Below, in pieces: positions 38,489 to 50,167 of a stretch of 64,000 nt of DNA (its first letter is position 1; each line of letters begins with the position of its first letter). Source of the stretch: Antedon mediterranea (Eukaryota > Animalia > Echinodermata). A program made the position numbers and the translations under genes. The notes beneath the pieces are model-generated. The model had not been told where the DNA came from. It did not search any database and saw only the letters and a program-made list of their open reading frames with translations. Location of the stretch: the NCBI RefSeq assembly GCF_964355755.1, contig NC_092670.1, forward strand, positions 9,724,201-9,788,200, given 5' to 3'.

Positions 38489-39029
38489 GTTTCAGTTTGA
38501 GTTTTATTTCACACAACAACATAATATTACACTATGATTGATTGAAAGAAGTAAAACACAATACAATAAATGCACTTTAACTAAGTTCTTGTAAGTGCAC
38601 AAAACTAAAACCGAAGGCTATCAAACAAGTAGTAGTTGTGATATAAACAACAGACGAACACTGGTAAACCATGCTTGCGAACACTTGGCACCAGAAAGGG
38701 ACTTAGGTGGTAAAAAATCAGCTACGACAAATTAGAAACTTTCGACAAATGTTCTGTCTCTAGTTTGTGATAACCATAGTCTTCTTTAAATTCAAATTAT
38801 GGGGTCAATCGGGTGTGTTTTTCTTTCTATATTACTTAAAAGTTATTGCCCGATTTTCACACGATTTCGAAGGATGTTTCAAAGCTGTATGGGATCGGAA
38901 CATGTGATTCAATGTTCATATTCCCAGGTCAAATATCAAGCTGACCACATCAACAGGCAGTTCACCATAGAGATTTTTATTGTATAGCTATACTTGTACC
39001 AGGATGTAACTAACCAGTAATATGAAAAA

Positions 39030-39148
39030 AAACAAGGCCATATACATAGCTGCAGTCGCGTGCTCAAGTTAGTGTTTACCGACCAACCGACCGACCGACC
39101 TACCGACCGACATAGTGAGCTGTAGAGTCGCGTTGCACGTGACTAAAA
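39030..39148. mobile_element. Short Helentron-associated (HINE-like) element
   Basis: Same 5' end as the element at 32629, a CCGA microsatellite, and a terminal hairpin AGTCGCGTTGCACGTGACT followed by an A run. Confidence 0.55.
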
Positions 39149-40893
39149 ATTATACCCAACTTTATGTTTATAATAAAGAAAGAATTGAAAGATGGACAGA
39201 CCGACAGCCGAACAAAGTCAAGTGGAAAAAATATTTTCTTATTAGGAACATATGAACTGGACCAAACTGGACCTTTTACACAAAAAAAAACATGAAATAA
39301 TAATATACAAATATTAAAACTACATTAAAAATTAATCCCGGATTTTTTACTTTTTAAACATCAGTACGATAACTGAGTAATCGAAACTCTTTATATTAAT
39401 TATAGGCCTAATGCTAAATAACAAAGTTAATCAAAATGAGCCAAATATGGAAATCAACACACTATATGAAAGCAACCAAAATTATGCCATTTAAAACAAT
39501 TGTCAGATCATGTTCTTTCATCATAATAATAGATGTGAAACATGGAAGATAATCAACGCCGACGAGCAGAAGGTTTACTCATTACAAAATGCTTTTGGCC
39601 CAACAAAATAAGAAACTCCAGCTACATAAAAAATCATTGCAATGTAAATTAGCTTCTAGGAAATGGCTCGTACATGTGTTAAACAAATCAGCAGACGGCA
39701 CCGAGAAGAGAGACAGACCAAAGGTGTGCAATACGTGCAATTGAACAGGAAAGAAGGGAAACAGGATGGGAGCAGAGAAAGTGGCAAGAGACAGCGAAAT
39801 GGAGACAATATGTTATGTGTATTCATGGTAGGCCTATCTTTATTTCCAATCAATTTTAACACAATGGCAGCCTTACTTTTAACAATTTAACTACTTGAAT
39901 AATAATAATAAAAATATCATTATGACAATTACTAAAAAAAAAATAAAATATTCATGAAACGATTACCGTACATAATAAAGAATTTCAATAATAGCATTAT
40001 TATAATTATAGTATATTATCATATCAATATATAAACACATCAGGCAAAGAACAGTAATTCTAAACCGCCCGATGATATACTGACATTTAATAAATTAATA
40101 TATATATACAATATTTACAATTTAATAGGAATTGAAAAATGGATAACATTATTGTTATTATGATTTGAGCCTCCAGTGTTTATATTCATGATATTCACTT
40201 TGTTTTCTGGATGCTACCGCGCCAGAGGCTCGCTTGAAAAAATTTCAAACATTGTGGTTTTTGTACATTTTAACGAAAACAATCGACTTAACAAAACAAA
40301 TTCCTCTTGAAGTTTGAGTGTGAGGAGAGCATTTAGATAATTACAATAGGCCTATTCATCAAGATAATGTTGCACACGCTCTTATTCTAATCTCAGTATG
40401 TTGTCATATGTTAGAAGACTAGCGTTCCATACAGGACATGAATAAGATATGACTTGTAGGTGGTGGTACTGTAATAACGAATAGGATAGATGGCACATGA
40501 GCAATCCGTTTTTGGAAAGAAAATATGAAAGTGCACCACCAAGCCTATATTATTGTTGTTTGTTTAATATTTACCGTGATTTTAATATTTCCAAGTATTA
40601 ACGACCATTCAATGGTTTATTGTTTAATCTCCAAGGAAAGTTACTCAAGTCAGTTGATGACATTCGACATAACTTCAACCGCAATAGTTATTTTTCGAAT
40701 AACTTGTCAACTTTGATCATTATGAGTTAAATACTGGTTCACATTGGAGTATGTTGTAAGCCACAATTCCGTACACATTGTCTCGCACCACTATTCACAT
40801 TTTCTCTTGTGGGGTAAATAACAATTGTAATTAACTTCTAATAACTTAAGGGCTGTAATACGATTATATAAACATTAACAAGTATCTGGCATT

Positions 40894-41109
40894 TAAAGAC
40901 CATTCTACAGGGTACCGTAACAGGAGGGAGAAGGAGAGGCAGACCGAGAAATAGGTAGGAAGACAACATACATAAAAGAATGGACAGGTTTGACCTTTGG
41001 TGACTCACAACGAGCTTCAGAGAACAGAGACCAGTGGATGAGGATTGTCCAAAAGTCAGCAGTGGTATCTTAACAACCCTATCAGGGGTTAACAGACTAA
41101 ACTGAACTG
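40894..41109 (+). mobile_element. 5'-truncated RTE-clade LINE with 24-bp TSD
   Basis: Decayed reading KTILQGTVTGGRRRGRPRNR*EDNI..KEWTGLTF...NRDQWMRIV resembles the RTE ORF C-terminus. (AACTG)n tail. TSD AAACATTAACAAGTATCTGGCATT at 40870-40893 and 41110-41133. Confidence 0.85.
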
Positions 41110-41601
41110 AAACATTAACAAGTATCTGGCATTGAAACATCCAGACATTTTATTCCTTACCTAAACTTATTTTCACTTGGTGATATTTTTGTAAATTATA
41201 ACTCTTAAGGTCTTCTATCAACTTATTTAGAAAGCATTTAATGTATGATATGTAAAATGAGCGAGGTGCCGTTATATTTACGTATTAAAAGGAATAAAGA
41301 AAATAATCGATATAGCCTATATATAAATATATATATAATATTTGTTCAAATAACAAGATGAAAGAAAGTAATCATATACCATTTCATTATAAAATGCTTT
41401 CAAATACTCGCTTACATTTTAGCCCCTTTAATTTAATGAGAAAATTAGCTAAACCATGGTAACAAGATATTAAAACAGCGACTAAGAGTAGTTTAAATCA
41501 TTTCTTTAATGATATTGTGTTTCAGGGATGAAACTAAATAAAAAACAATATATTGATGAAAACAACAATAGTGTTTCAAAACCATTAAATATTGTAAAGC
41601 C

Positions 41602-41708
41602 TCGAAAAGAATCCATCTCGAAAAGAATCTATCTCGAAAAGAATCCATCTCGAAAAGAATCCATCTCGAAAAGAATCCATCTCGAAAAGAATCCATCTCG
41701 AAAAGAAT
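41602..41708. repeat. 16-bp tandem repeat TCGAAAAGAATCCATC (about 6.5 copies)
   Basis: Direct reading of the sequence. Confidence 0.9.
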
Positions 41709-42078
41709 TCACCCTCTTTAGTTTGCAAAGGTAAATCTCGATAAGAAGTTCATCCAATAGGTGAGTACTCCAAGAGTAAGTATGGGTTATTAAATTACCA
41801 ATTATACCAATCTAGAACATGTAGGCCTATTAATCTTTTGGAAAAGAAGGAATCATACATTTTTTGGTAAAATTAATTAATAATGTGATTGAATCTCTTG
41901 AAAGTGAAAAATTGAAAATGCATACACCGACAATTTCGAAAACTGAATATATAATAATAAAGTTTTAGTCTCTGTTTTTCGAGATTTCTCGAAAACAGAT
42001 AGGCCTACCCCCCGGGTCTCGAGGTTTCTGTTTTCGTAACACGCATGGAATGAGGTCAATGCATGTTCATGCTCCAAT

Positions 42079-42109
42079 CATGGACTAAATAATTATAGCC
42101 TAGTCCATG
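42079..42109. mobile_element. Micro-palindrome with 7-bp TSD (putative P-element excision footprint)
   Basis: CTCCAAT [CATGGACTA...TAGTCCATG] CTTCAAT; 1 mismatch in the duplication. Confidence 0.55.
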
Positions 42110-45100
42110 CTTCAATTCAAACATGATGTGGAAGATTGAGTATGAACACGGTATGTGCACATTATGACTACATTTCACAATGTTCTCGTATGTTACTACA
42201 GAATACATATGACTCTGGAATGATGTTAATTCATGTCATAAACGCGTGTATCTTATCTCAATTAAAAATGCATGACGTCAGACAACAACAATACTCATCT
42301 AGGCCATTAATGTTTCTTCAATAGAGGGCGCACCACCTAAACAAATCAAAACTTCTAAACATGTATTAATATTCAAATTATAGTATTAGTCCTGTAAAAG
42401 TATTGTCACTTTATTTAAAAACAGGTTCGTAATTATCAATGGTAATTTTGCCAAAGCCACTGTGCATGTAACGATTTCTGCCTTAACGCGTTAGGAAAAA
42501 AAAATGCGTGACTGTCCAATAAGCTACCAGAAAAATATAAGGTTCACACAGAATTTGCGTTGTATAATTTAATGACTCTAAGTGTTGGTCACCTCTCACT
42601 TATTTTATTTATTTTTGAACAATTGATTTTGTTTGGCACTTTACTCTCTAAACTTAACCTTTCAACCATTTTTATAATTCAAGAAGACGTTTTTGTTAAT
42701 AAGTTGAACAAGTTCGTCACCTAGACTATACATCAAGCTTGCTTTTGTTTAACACACAGCGGAAATAAAGAATGAGAAAAACAAGAATTTTTTTTAACAT
42801 CTTGCATTTTTATTTGCATTTGATATCATCATAAACAATATTTCATTTTACAATTTACACTAGTAGGCTATGATAATGCACCGCTGACGGACGGTGCTTG
42901 TAAAATTGTGTTTTTTTAAATGTATATATTGTTTAGCTATCTATGCCGATTTTCAGTAACTATTTCAAAATATGGCATATTTAATGTCCAGTTATCATAA
43001 GCAAATTCCGTAATACAGTGTCACATGTATCACATGTGATGCCAGTATATTGATACAGGCATCATTATTATGTGCTATTTATGTTCGGTGTACTACAGAA
43101 TTTTCCTATAATACTGGACAGATTATAACATTATAGGCATACGTACTATACTAGTATCTCAATTTTCCGGGCGTGGTAAACTAAAAATAGGCCATATTTT
43201 TTAGTAACCGGGTAAAAAGTATATTGTGGCTGGACAGCTCTTTCGTGTTCGATCCTTTACATTGACGTTACCAGTTGGATAAATTTACAATGTTTAATTT
43301 TTTTTGCTGATGTACTTTCTTTTCTTTTAGAAATTTAATACGATAGCAATTAAGACATTCCGTAATGCTATCTATGTTGTTCATGTTATTTATGTTTACT
43401 AGATGGAAATAGATATGCTGGCTTACGTATGAGTATTATTCGGATGATAGCTGTACCACCTGGTATTCAATTCAGTTATTTCCAACTCATTAAAATCAAG
43501 TAAAAATCCAATTTACATCAAATTATTGTATTTTACTGTATAATAATTACCTTTTATTATAATTAACAGCTAGGCCTAGATCACAATATTTCTATAATAA
43601 GACACAAATATTTACAGTAAAAATGTAATCAACAATTAAGGAAAATTATTTGATCCAAAGGTTAAAGCTAACGCTAAAATAAATTTTAATCAAATGCTAT
43701 TATAACATTACTTTACATTAAAATGAAAAAAAAAAAAATGATTTTATCCAAATTGTAAATTCCATCTTTCCAATACAACAACAAAATATGGGTGAAAGAC
43801 AATGGCATGGAAACACACGCGTTTCCGGTCACATGCTAAATCGGAATACGCATTTCCGGTTACGCGCGACGTTAGAAATACGCGCGACTTGCATATTACG
43901 CGATACGCGTTCAGATAATACGCGCACAATACTAATATTAACTGTACACATCACACATAATTAATATGTAGTATCCGAGGGTTAAGAATGTTTTGACAAA
44001 CTTTATACTGTTTTCACAGCACGTTTTCATTAGTTACAGCGTGACAGGATGGCCTGGCTTACCTTGCTGTCATATCAGACATTACCCATCAGGTAAATTA
44101 AATTAATTTCCCGCGTATATCGATAATAATTTGTCACGCAAAAGATTCATCATAATGGTTACGTTAACTTATCTTGTTTTTAGAGTATTATCCCAGCGGT
44201 CATTTATGTACTGTGTCAGATACTTGGATTAAATTCAATTAATACCTTAGATTTCTTGGAAGGTATTATTGGTAATTATCTCGCTAGCCGAGTACTGAAC
44301 CATTAATTCTTATCACTGGGTCCGATGACTTAATGAAATAGTTAATCTAGACATGAAACATATATGGCATTATATCTGATGTGTGGATGAAAGGAAAAAT
44401 CAAGTGAAAACCTAACTTAACGTTCAATATAAATTTTAAAAGCTGATGATAAAAAAAAAAGTAGAAATAAAATACAAAAATATTAATATAGGTCTAATAA
44501 ATAATATAATAATGAATTTTTAATGTAGGCCTATTACAAATATGATACATAATAACATATTTATAACTTGTTTACATCTATTCACACTGACGGATTTTCA
44601 CTTAAAATTACATTTATGCAAGTAATTTTTGGTAAAATTGTGTTGATTAAAATGTGCGTCCTTGGTTACTTCGCAAAATAAATTGACAATTAAAAACAGT
44701 CTCTTTACAAAACGACTGGTTAACCGTTGTAACAAAAATTATTGATCGATGTTCGTCTAGACCATAAATCATAAAGTAAATCAAAATGTGGTTTAGCAAA
44801 GATCATAAATTAACTGCAAGTTTTACCATAAAGTATAATAATATTACTCCATTCTACAGGTGCACAGTTAAAGTCTACGTTCTAGACCGAAATTAGTAAA
44901 AGATAAATATTTTGGCACATATGGCGTTTCATACGTATAATACATGAGCTCGACACAAATAGAAACGCCGACTAGAATGGTGGATCATAAAAAAGACAAC
45001 AAATACATATTTAGGGCAAGTCTAGTGCACAGTTAACCACATAACGAAGAGAGCTTATAACTTGACGCAATGCAAAAGGACGTAAAACCGCAACGCAAGC

Positions 45101-45300
45101 GAATTGACCAATCACAAGCGATAGTTCGAATAATCCATCTTTCTTGATTGGTCAATTCGCTTGCCAATTGCGCCTATTAGGAACCAAGCTTCAATTTCTG
45201 CTCCTGCTGGTAGGCCTATGTGTGTGAACTGAAAGGGTTTCTAATTTTTGGTCACATTTTGTTGTTATGCACACAACACATTTGAAATACAACTATCTAA

Positions 45301-45625
45301 AGCGTGGTTCCCACTAGCGACGCAACACAAGGACGTAACGCAACGCAAGTGAATTGACCAATCACAAGCGATGGCTTATTCGCTTGTGATTGCTAACTGT
45401 CTATAACTTCGTTTGTCATTGGTTAAAACGCTTGCGTTGCGTTTACGTCCTTGCGTTACGTTCTAGTGGGAACCAAGCTTTAAGCTTGGTTCCCATTAGG
45501 ACGCAACGCTAGAACGTAAACGCAACGCAAGCGCGTTGACCAATGACAAGCGACTGTTATAATAACCCATCGCTTTTGATTGGTCTACTCGCTTACGTTG
45601 CGTCCTCGCGTTGCATAACCAAGCT
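45301..45625. mobile_element. Two adjacent MITE family A copies joined at TTAA
   Basis: 45301-45479 is a full copy; 45483-45625 is a diverged copy; another fragment lies at about 45060-45192. Confidence 0.8.
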
Positions 45626-45931
45626 TATTGTGCGATCTTGCGTTTAACTAGGGAATAGTTCAATGACTCGTTTTAAGCGTATTGAGTTCAATGTTCGAAC
45701 TCAAGCATCCAATAAAGCTTTATAATTGCTGCATTATTTATCATACTAAATATCCGGCACCACATAATGTACGACGAAACGTCTTAAACGCATTATTTTG
45801 TTTAATTAATTGATTTCTCGGTTCATTGTGCTCCAGTCCTCTTCCACTTTGCCCAGATAAAGATGGTTAAACTGTTCCTATTCAGACTTGTGTAACATTA
45901 AACGCGTGTATATTCGTAGGTTAAATATTAA

Positions 45932-46921
45932 CTATTTGCTATGGAGCGCTACATTCTTATTCGGCACAAACTGCTCCACATCAGATCGTACCGTCACTTT
46001 ATATTTTCTTTTGAACGCCATACTTATGGCATTTCTAAACTGACGGTTTTTATACACATAAATTATCGGATCCGTAATCGGATGACAGAAAGCTAATAGA
46101 ATAAAATACGGATAAACAACACTGTTTACATAGTCAAAGTGTGCCAGATTTTGCGCCAAAAATGAGATTTGATCCGGAGCCCAGCAAATTGTGAAGACAA
46201 GCACTATTAAGAATAAGGATTCAGCAACGTTACGCTTCGCCCTGCAATATGAATATTCATTAGTCTTTCCTAATACGCCATCACGCCTAAATCTGCGGTC
46301 CTGTTTGCGCAGCACGTAGAACATCGTTACGTACGCAATAATCATAACAGTCAGCGGTATCAAATACGTAAGAAGAAAGATGATCGTTCCCATAAATTTC
46401 TTGAAAGTTTCCCCTTGCCACACTTCCTGGCAGCTCCCGTCAACATTGCGTGAAATTGTAAGTGAAAACGCGTTCACAATTATTGAAACAACCCATGTGA
46501 ATATTATTATCACAACAGCGCGTCGCATACTAAATCCACGATGACGCAACGGTGATACAATTGACGAATATCGTTCGACGGTCACAGCAATCATGGTCAG
46601 TATCGACGCCTTTATGGCCATCCATGCGAAAAAGTTTGAACCAATGACACGGCAGTACACATCGCCCGCCAACGAATCCGGAACCGGATTGGGTGCTGGT
46701 AACGGTATAGTCGCTACCGCTGTCACAAAATCGGTAATCGACAGATTGAGAATAAATATGTTTGTGATGGTCCTGATTTTCTTGACTCTCATAAATGTGA
46801 TTATTATGATGATATTCCCGATAATACCCAATATTCCCTGTATAAGCTGTATTACGGTAAAAGCATTCCAAAATGGATCTTCTTCTTCCAAATCCAACGT
46901 AGAGTTATCCAATGTGTGCAT
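45932..46921 (-). CDS. Intronless class A (rhodopsin-family) GPCR, galanin/allatostatin-A/somatostatin receptor-like (329 aa)
   Basis: Seven TM helices with GN (TM1), NLSITD (TM2), ERY (TM3), W (TM4), YLIP (TM5), FTICWAP (TM6) and DPIIY (TM7). True start is probably TCCACCATG at 46921; the ORF-track start at 46948 is a TTG just after a splice acceptor. Confidence 0.92.
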   Translation of the reverse strand: MHTLDNSTLDLEEEDPFWNAFTVIQLIQGILGIIGNIIIIITFMRVKKIRTITNIFILNLSITDFVTAVATIPLPAPNPVPDSLAGDVYCRVIGSNFFAWMAIKASILTMIAVTVERYSSIVSPLRHRGFSMRRAVVIIIFTWVVSIIVNAFSLTISRNVDGSCQEVWQGETFKKFMGTIIFLLTYLIPLTVMIIAYVTMFYVLRKQDRRFRRDGVLGKTNEYSYCRAKRNVAESLFLIVLVFTICWAPDQISFLAQNLAHFDYVNSVVYPYFILLAFCHPITDPIIYVYKNRQFRNAISMAFKRKYKVTVRSDVEQFVPNKNVALHSK

Positions 46922-48155
46922 GGTGGAGGCAGCAAGATCTACATCCAATCTATAGATATCAGATACATAATTATATTAATTAATAATCTCAACTGTCATG
47001 ACCCTCTTTAATTGTTTTTTATAGTTGATTGATTGAGCGCGCATATTATTAACTAAGAAGGTGCTTAATTCATCCATATTACAATTATATTTATTAACCT
47101 AATATTAATAATAATACGATTATATTTCGAAAATCGACATAATTGCTAAAAGAAAACAATGGTTTTAGTAGCCTTTTTTATGGAATGCAGACTGAATTGC
47201 TCTCTGTCAGACGACAGAGGTGGAATTTGACATAAGATCAGTATTGTGTCCACACGCATAGTTAATCGTGCATAGGACGGATTTAAAATTCGAATCATAT
47301 TAGAGTTACATCAGACGAAGTACTCGCGTGATTGAACTCTTGTATGATTTCGTGTCGCTAACTTCGATAAAATCCTGATGTACCTCCGATAACTCCGCGT
47401 TAACCACACGCGTTTGAATCCAAAACAACAGCGACCAAGGGAAATTGAAGATTAAAAGAACCAACATTCGTTTCAAATCTCTGTGATTGTTGTCTCAGTT
47501 TACCAATAAAGTACCGATTGATCATGGCTACCTGATATATCGTGTAAACATAGTTTATGTCGAAATCGATAGTTTGAGATGGAATATTACAGTTTTAATA
47601 AGCTAGATTATTTCTGATTAAGTGTAAAGATAACAAACATTATTGCTTAATATGCACAGTATTGTTTCTATACTTCGTGCGTTCTTCTAGTGGAAACAAC
47701 CAGTTGAATCGGTTCCACGGAGACAGAAAGTCGAATTAGAAAGTAAAATTGCAATAACTTAAAAACACGAGGTAACATTCGGTGAATCATTTTAACCAAA
47801 ACAAATGTATATGAAATACAGTATTCAGCGATTATATATTAATTTATTCGCACATATCTATATATAGATTCTGAACAATTTCAAACAAAACAAGGATAAC
47901 AATATCAATTTTCAATTGAAGATTTTGTAGAGAAAGCAGTGAATATCGCGAGCCCAAAATCTTTTGAATCACACGGAGGAAATTTCTGACGGAAGCCCGA
48001 GGGAAACGCCGCTTGTCTGGTGTAAAGCCTGGTTTTCGTTTTTACATTGGAAATTGAAAATTGACAGGAAACCGATTGAAAAAACTAATAAAACAAACAA
48101 ACTAAACAAAAAAAACGGTGACTGAAGCTTCCGTGAATTTCTGAATGAACACGCC

Positions 48156-48202
48156 CTTACGCTTACGAAAGTTGACTTGTAGTCAACTTTCGTAAGCGTA
48201 AG
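48156..48202. repeat. Perfect hairpin with 22-bp arms
   Basis: CTTACGCTTACGAAAGTTGACT TGT AGTCAACTTTCGTAAGCGTAAG. Confidence 0.85.
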
Positions 48203-48235
48203 CCCAAGGATCGTAAGAACTAGCCTATCAACGAT

Positions 48236-48419
48236 AAGGCCAATTTACACACAAGCGGTAACGGTAAGAGAAAAACCACGTAACTTGTCCCACATACAGA
48301 GAATAATGCATCTATCCTGAGCGGAAACCGCCCGTCTCCTCCTTTGTGTAAAATGGTCATAAGGAATAACATGTCTTATTATTATTATCGTTACCGCTCT
48401 TCTAAGTAAATTGGCCTTA
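48236..48419. mobile_element. MITE with TAAGGCCAATTTAC TIRs
   Basis: TAAGGCCAATTTAC..AGCGGTAACG / CGTTACCGCT..GTAAATTGGCCTTA. Confidence 0.65.
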
Positions 48420-49855
48420 AGTTGTTAAATAAACTAAACTGAAATAAACTCGGGAAAACGGAACATCGACTGATCTTTTTAATTTATTGATGAGTCTGGG
48501 ATGGAGGGGAGAATGATTTGTTAGTATGGTGACGGGAGTCTCGCGGGGAGGCTCCAACTCATCGATTATCATTATAAATAAATAATTGCATCTCACCTTA
48601 TGAATCCAATTTATATCTGGCTCATATTTAACATTTGCCTGTTCCTCACGTTTTTATTGCATCCAAAACCAAATAGGGACTGGTTATACGGGCGGCTGCG
48701 AGTGTAGCAACGACCAAGCAAATACTGCATTAAGCGACAGATAGTAATTAGTATACCCACGCACGCACTTTCACCTGTTCCGTTCAATTTACTAAGACCT
48801 TCGTCTCGAACTCGCGGGAGTCGAAAGTTGGTAGAAAAAAGCAGAACTACAGCTGACGACAAAAGAAGTTCATCGGAATAAACACCATTTCCAAGAAAAA
48901 TGGTGTGTGTCGAAATATTAACATGAAAATAGACTTTTCTTGATCGAATATAATAAATAATATTTGTTCACATTTCGATTTTTGTTCTAAAATAAAACGG
49001 TATCGTAAAATTGTATCGTCGTAAATTGTGTTTCTCAAGAAAGTGAGAGATTGCCTTCGATATGCGCAGGTTCATGGTCATGCGCACTCGGGGTGATCTG
49101 TTTAACAATTCCCTCTGTGGCGCTCTGTCAATTTGTATTTCCTGCCTTGTAAATCTTTTCATTCAATGCGATAAATTTGTTGAGCTGTTGAACTATTAAT
49201 GTTCCAACATTTATTGGTGTGTTACGAAATGATCTGATTGTCTTGGTACATTGGCCTTTTATAGAGTTTATTATCCGTGCTTGAGTTCTTTAACATGCAC
49301 TTTGTTCAATGTTAATTGTGACATATTTTTTAAATGATAATTATGTCACTATTTGTCGCATTTTAGTGACAATTGTAGACATATTAATCTAATCGTCATG
49401 TTATTGCCCCTTTTGTTTTAAGTCATTGACATTGTTGTATGTTTTAATTGAATTTGTATCAAAATCAGCTCTTATTATGTTTAAAAAAAAAAAAGAACAA
49501 TGCGTTTTCCGTTCTAACGATGTTTTTATTTCGGTCATCGGGTGCACTCGGTCAAACATGACCCCAATACAACAAATAATTAAACAAACCGAACCAAAAA
49601 ACCGCGCCAACAAGTTAATTTGTTTTATGATTTTATTAATACGTTTGCTATTAAAAACTCATGTGACCGGATTTTCCAGTTAGTACCGGTCTAATATACT
49701 AATATATGTTTATATCTCTACCAAGCTACCTTCTTTGTTTTCTACTCTTATTCAGACTCCACCCTGCCTCCTTTGTTATATTTCTTTCTTTCTCTGTCCA
49801 CCCAGGCAGCACTTGCCAGCTCTTATACAATGACGTTATCTCAATTCCTTCACAT

Positions 49856-49892
49856 GCACTGATGAAGGGCTAGTGTTGCCCGAAAGCTCTGC
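49856..49892 (+). ncRNA. Minimal type I hammerhead ribozyme, copy 1
   Basis: GCA-CTGATGA-A-GGGC TAGTGTT GCCC-GAAA-GC-TC-TGC: conserved core, 4-bp stem II, palindromic AGCT in place of stem III, GCA/TGC stem I. Confidence 0.7.
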
Positions 49893-50021
49893 TAACTTTT
49901 CTGGCTGTTTTACTTATCGTTTTGATTTAGGTTTTCGCTTTTTTTTTTGTATCTCCATTGAGATCCAGCCACTGATACCCACAGCATTGTAATTTTTTCA
50001 GTAATTTGCCTTTGGATTTAT

Positions 50022-50059
50022 CATAGTCAATAGAAAGAAAATACTTTCTATTGACTATG
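50022..50059. mobile_element. Micro-palindrome with 7-bp TSD (putative P-element excision footprint); empty site present in the neighbouring repeat copy
   Basis: GATTTAT [CATAGTCAATAGAAAG AAAATA CTTTCTATTGACTATG] GATTTAT. Copy 2 of the host repeat has a single GATTTAT. Confidence 0.75.
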
Positions 50060-50130
50060 GATTTATATATATATATATATACTAGCACTTGCCAGCTTTA
50101 TACTATGACGTTATCCAAATTCCTTCACTT

Positions 50131-50167
50131 GCACTGATGAAGGGCTAGTGTTGCCCGAAAGCTCTGC
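50131..50167 (+). ncRNA. Minimal type I hammerhead ribozyme, copy 2
   Basis: Identical to 49856-49892, 275 nt downstream. Confidence 0.7.

Noticed and set aside
46593-46955. Plus-strand ORF antisense to the GPCR, and other short ORFs in the track
   Set aside because: Shadow ORFs of real coding exons or chance ORFs in AT-rich and repeat DNA.
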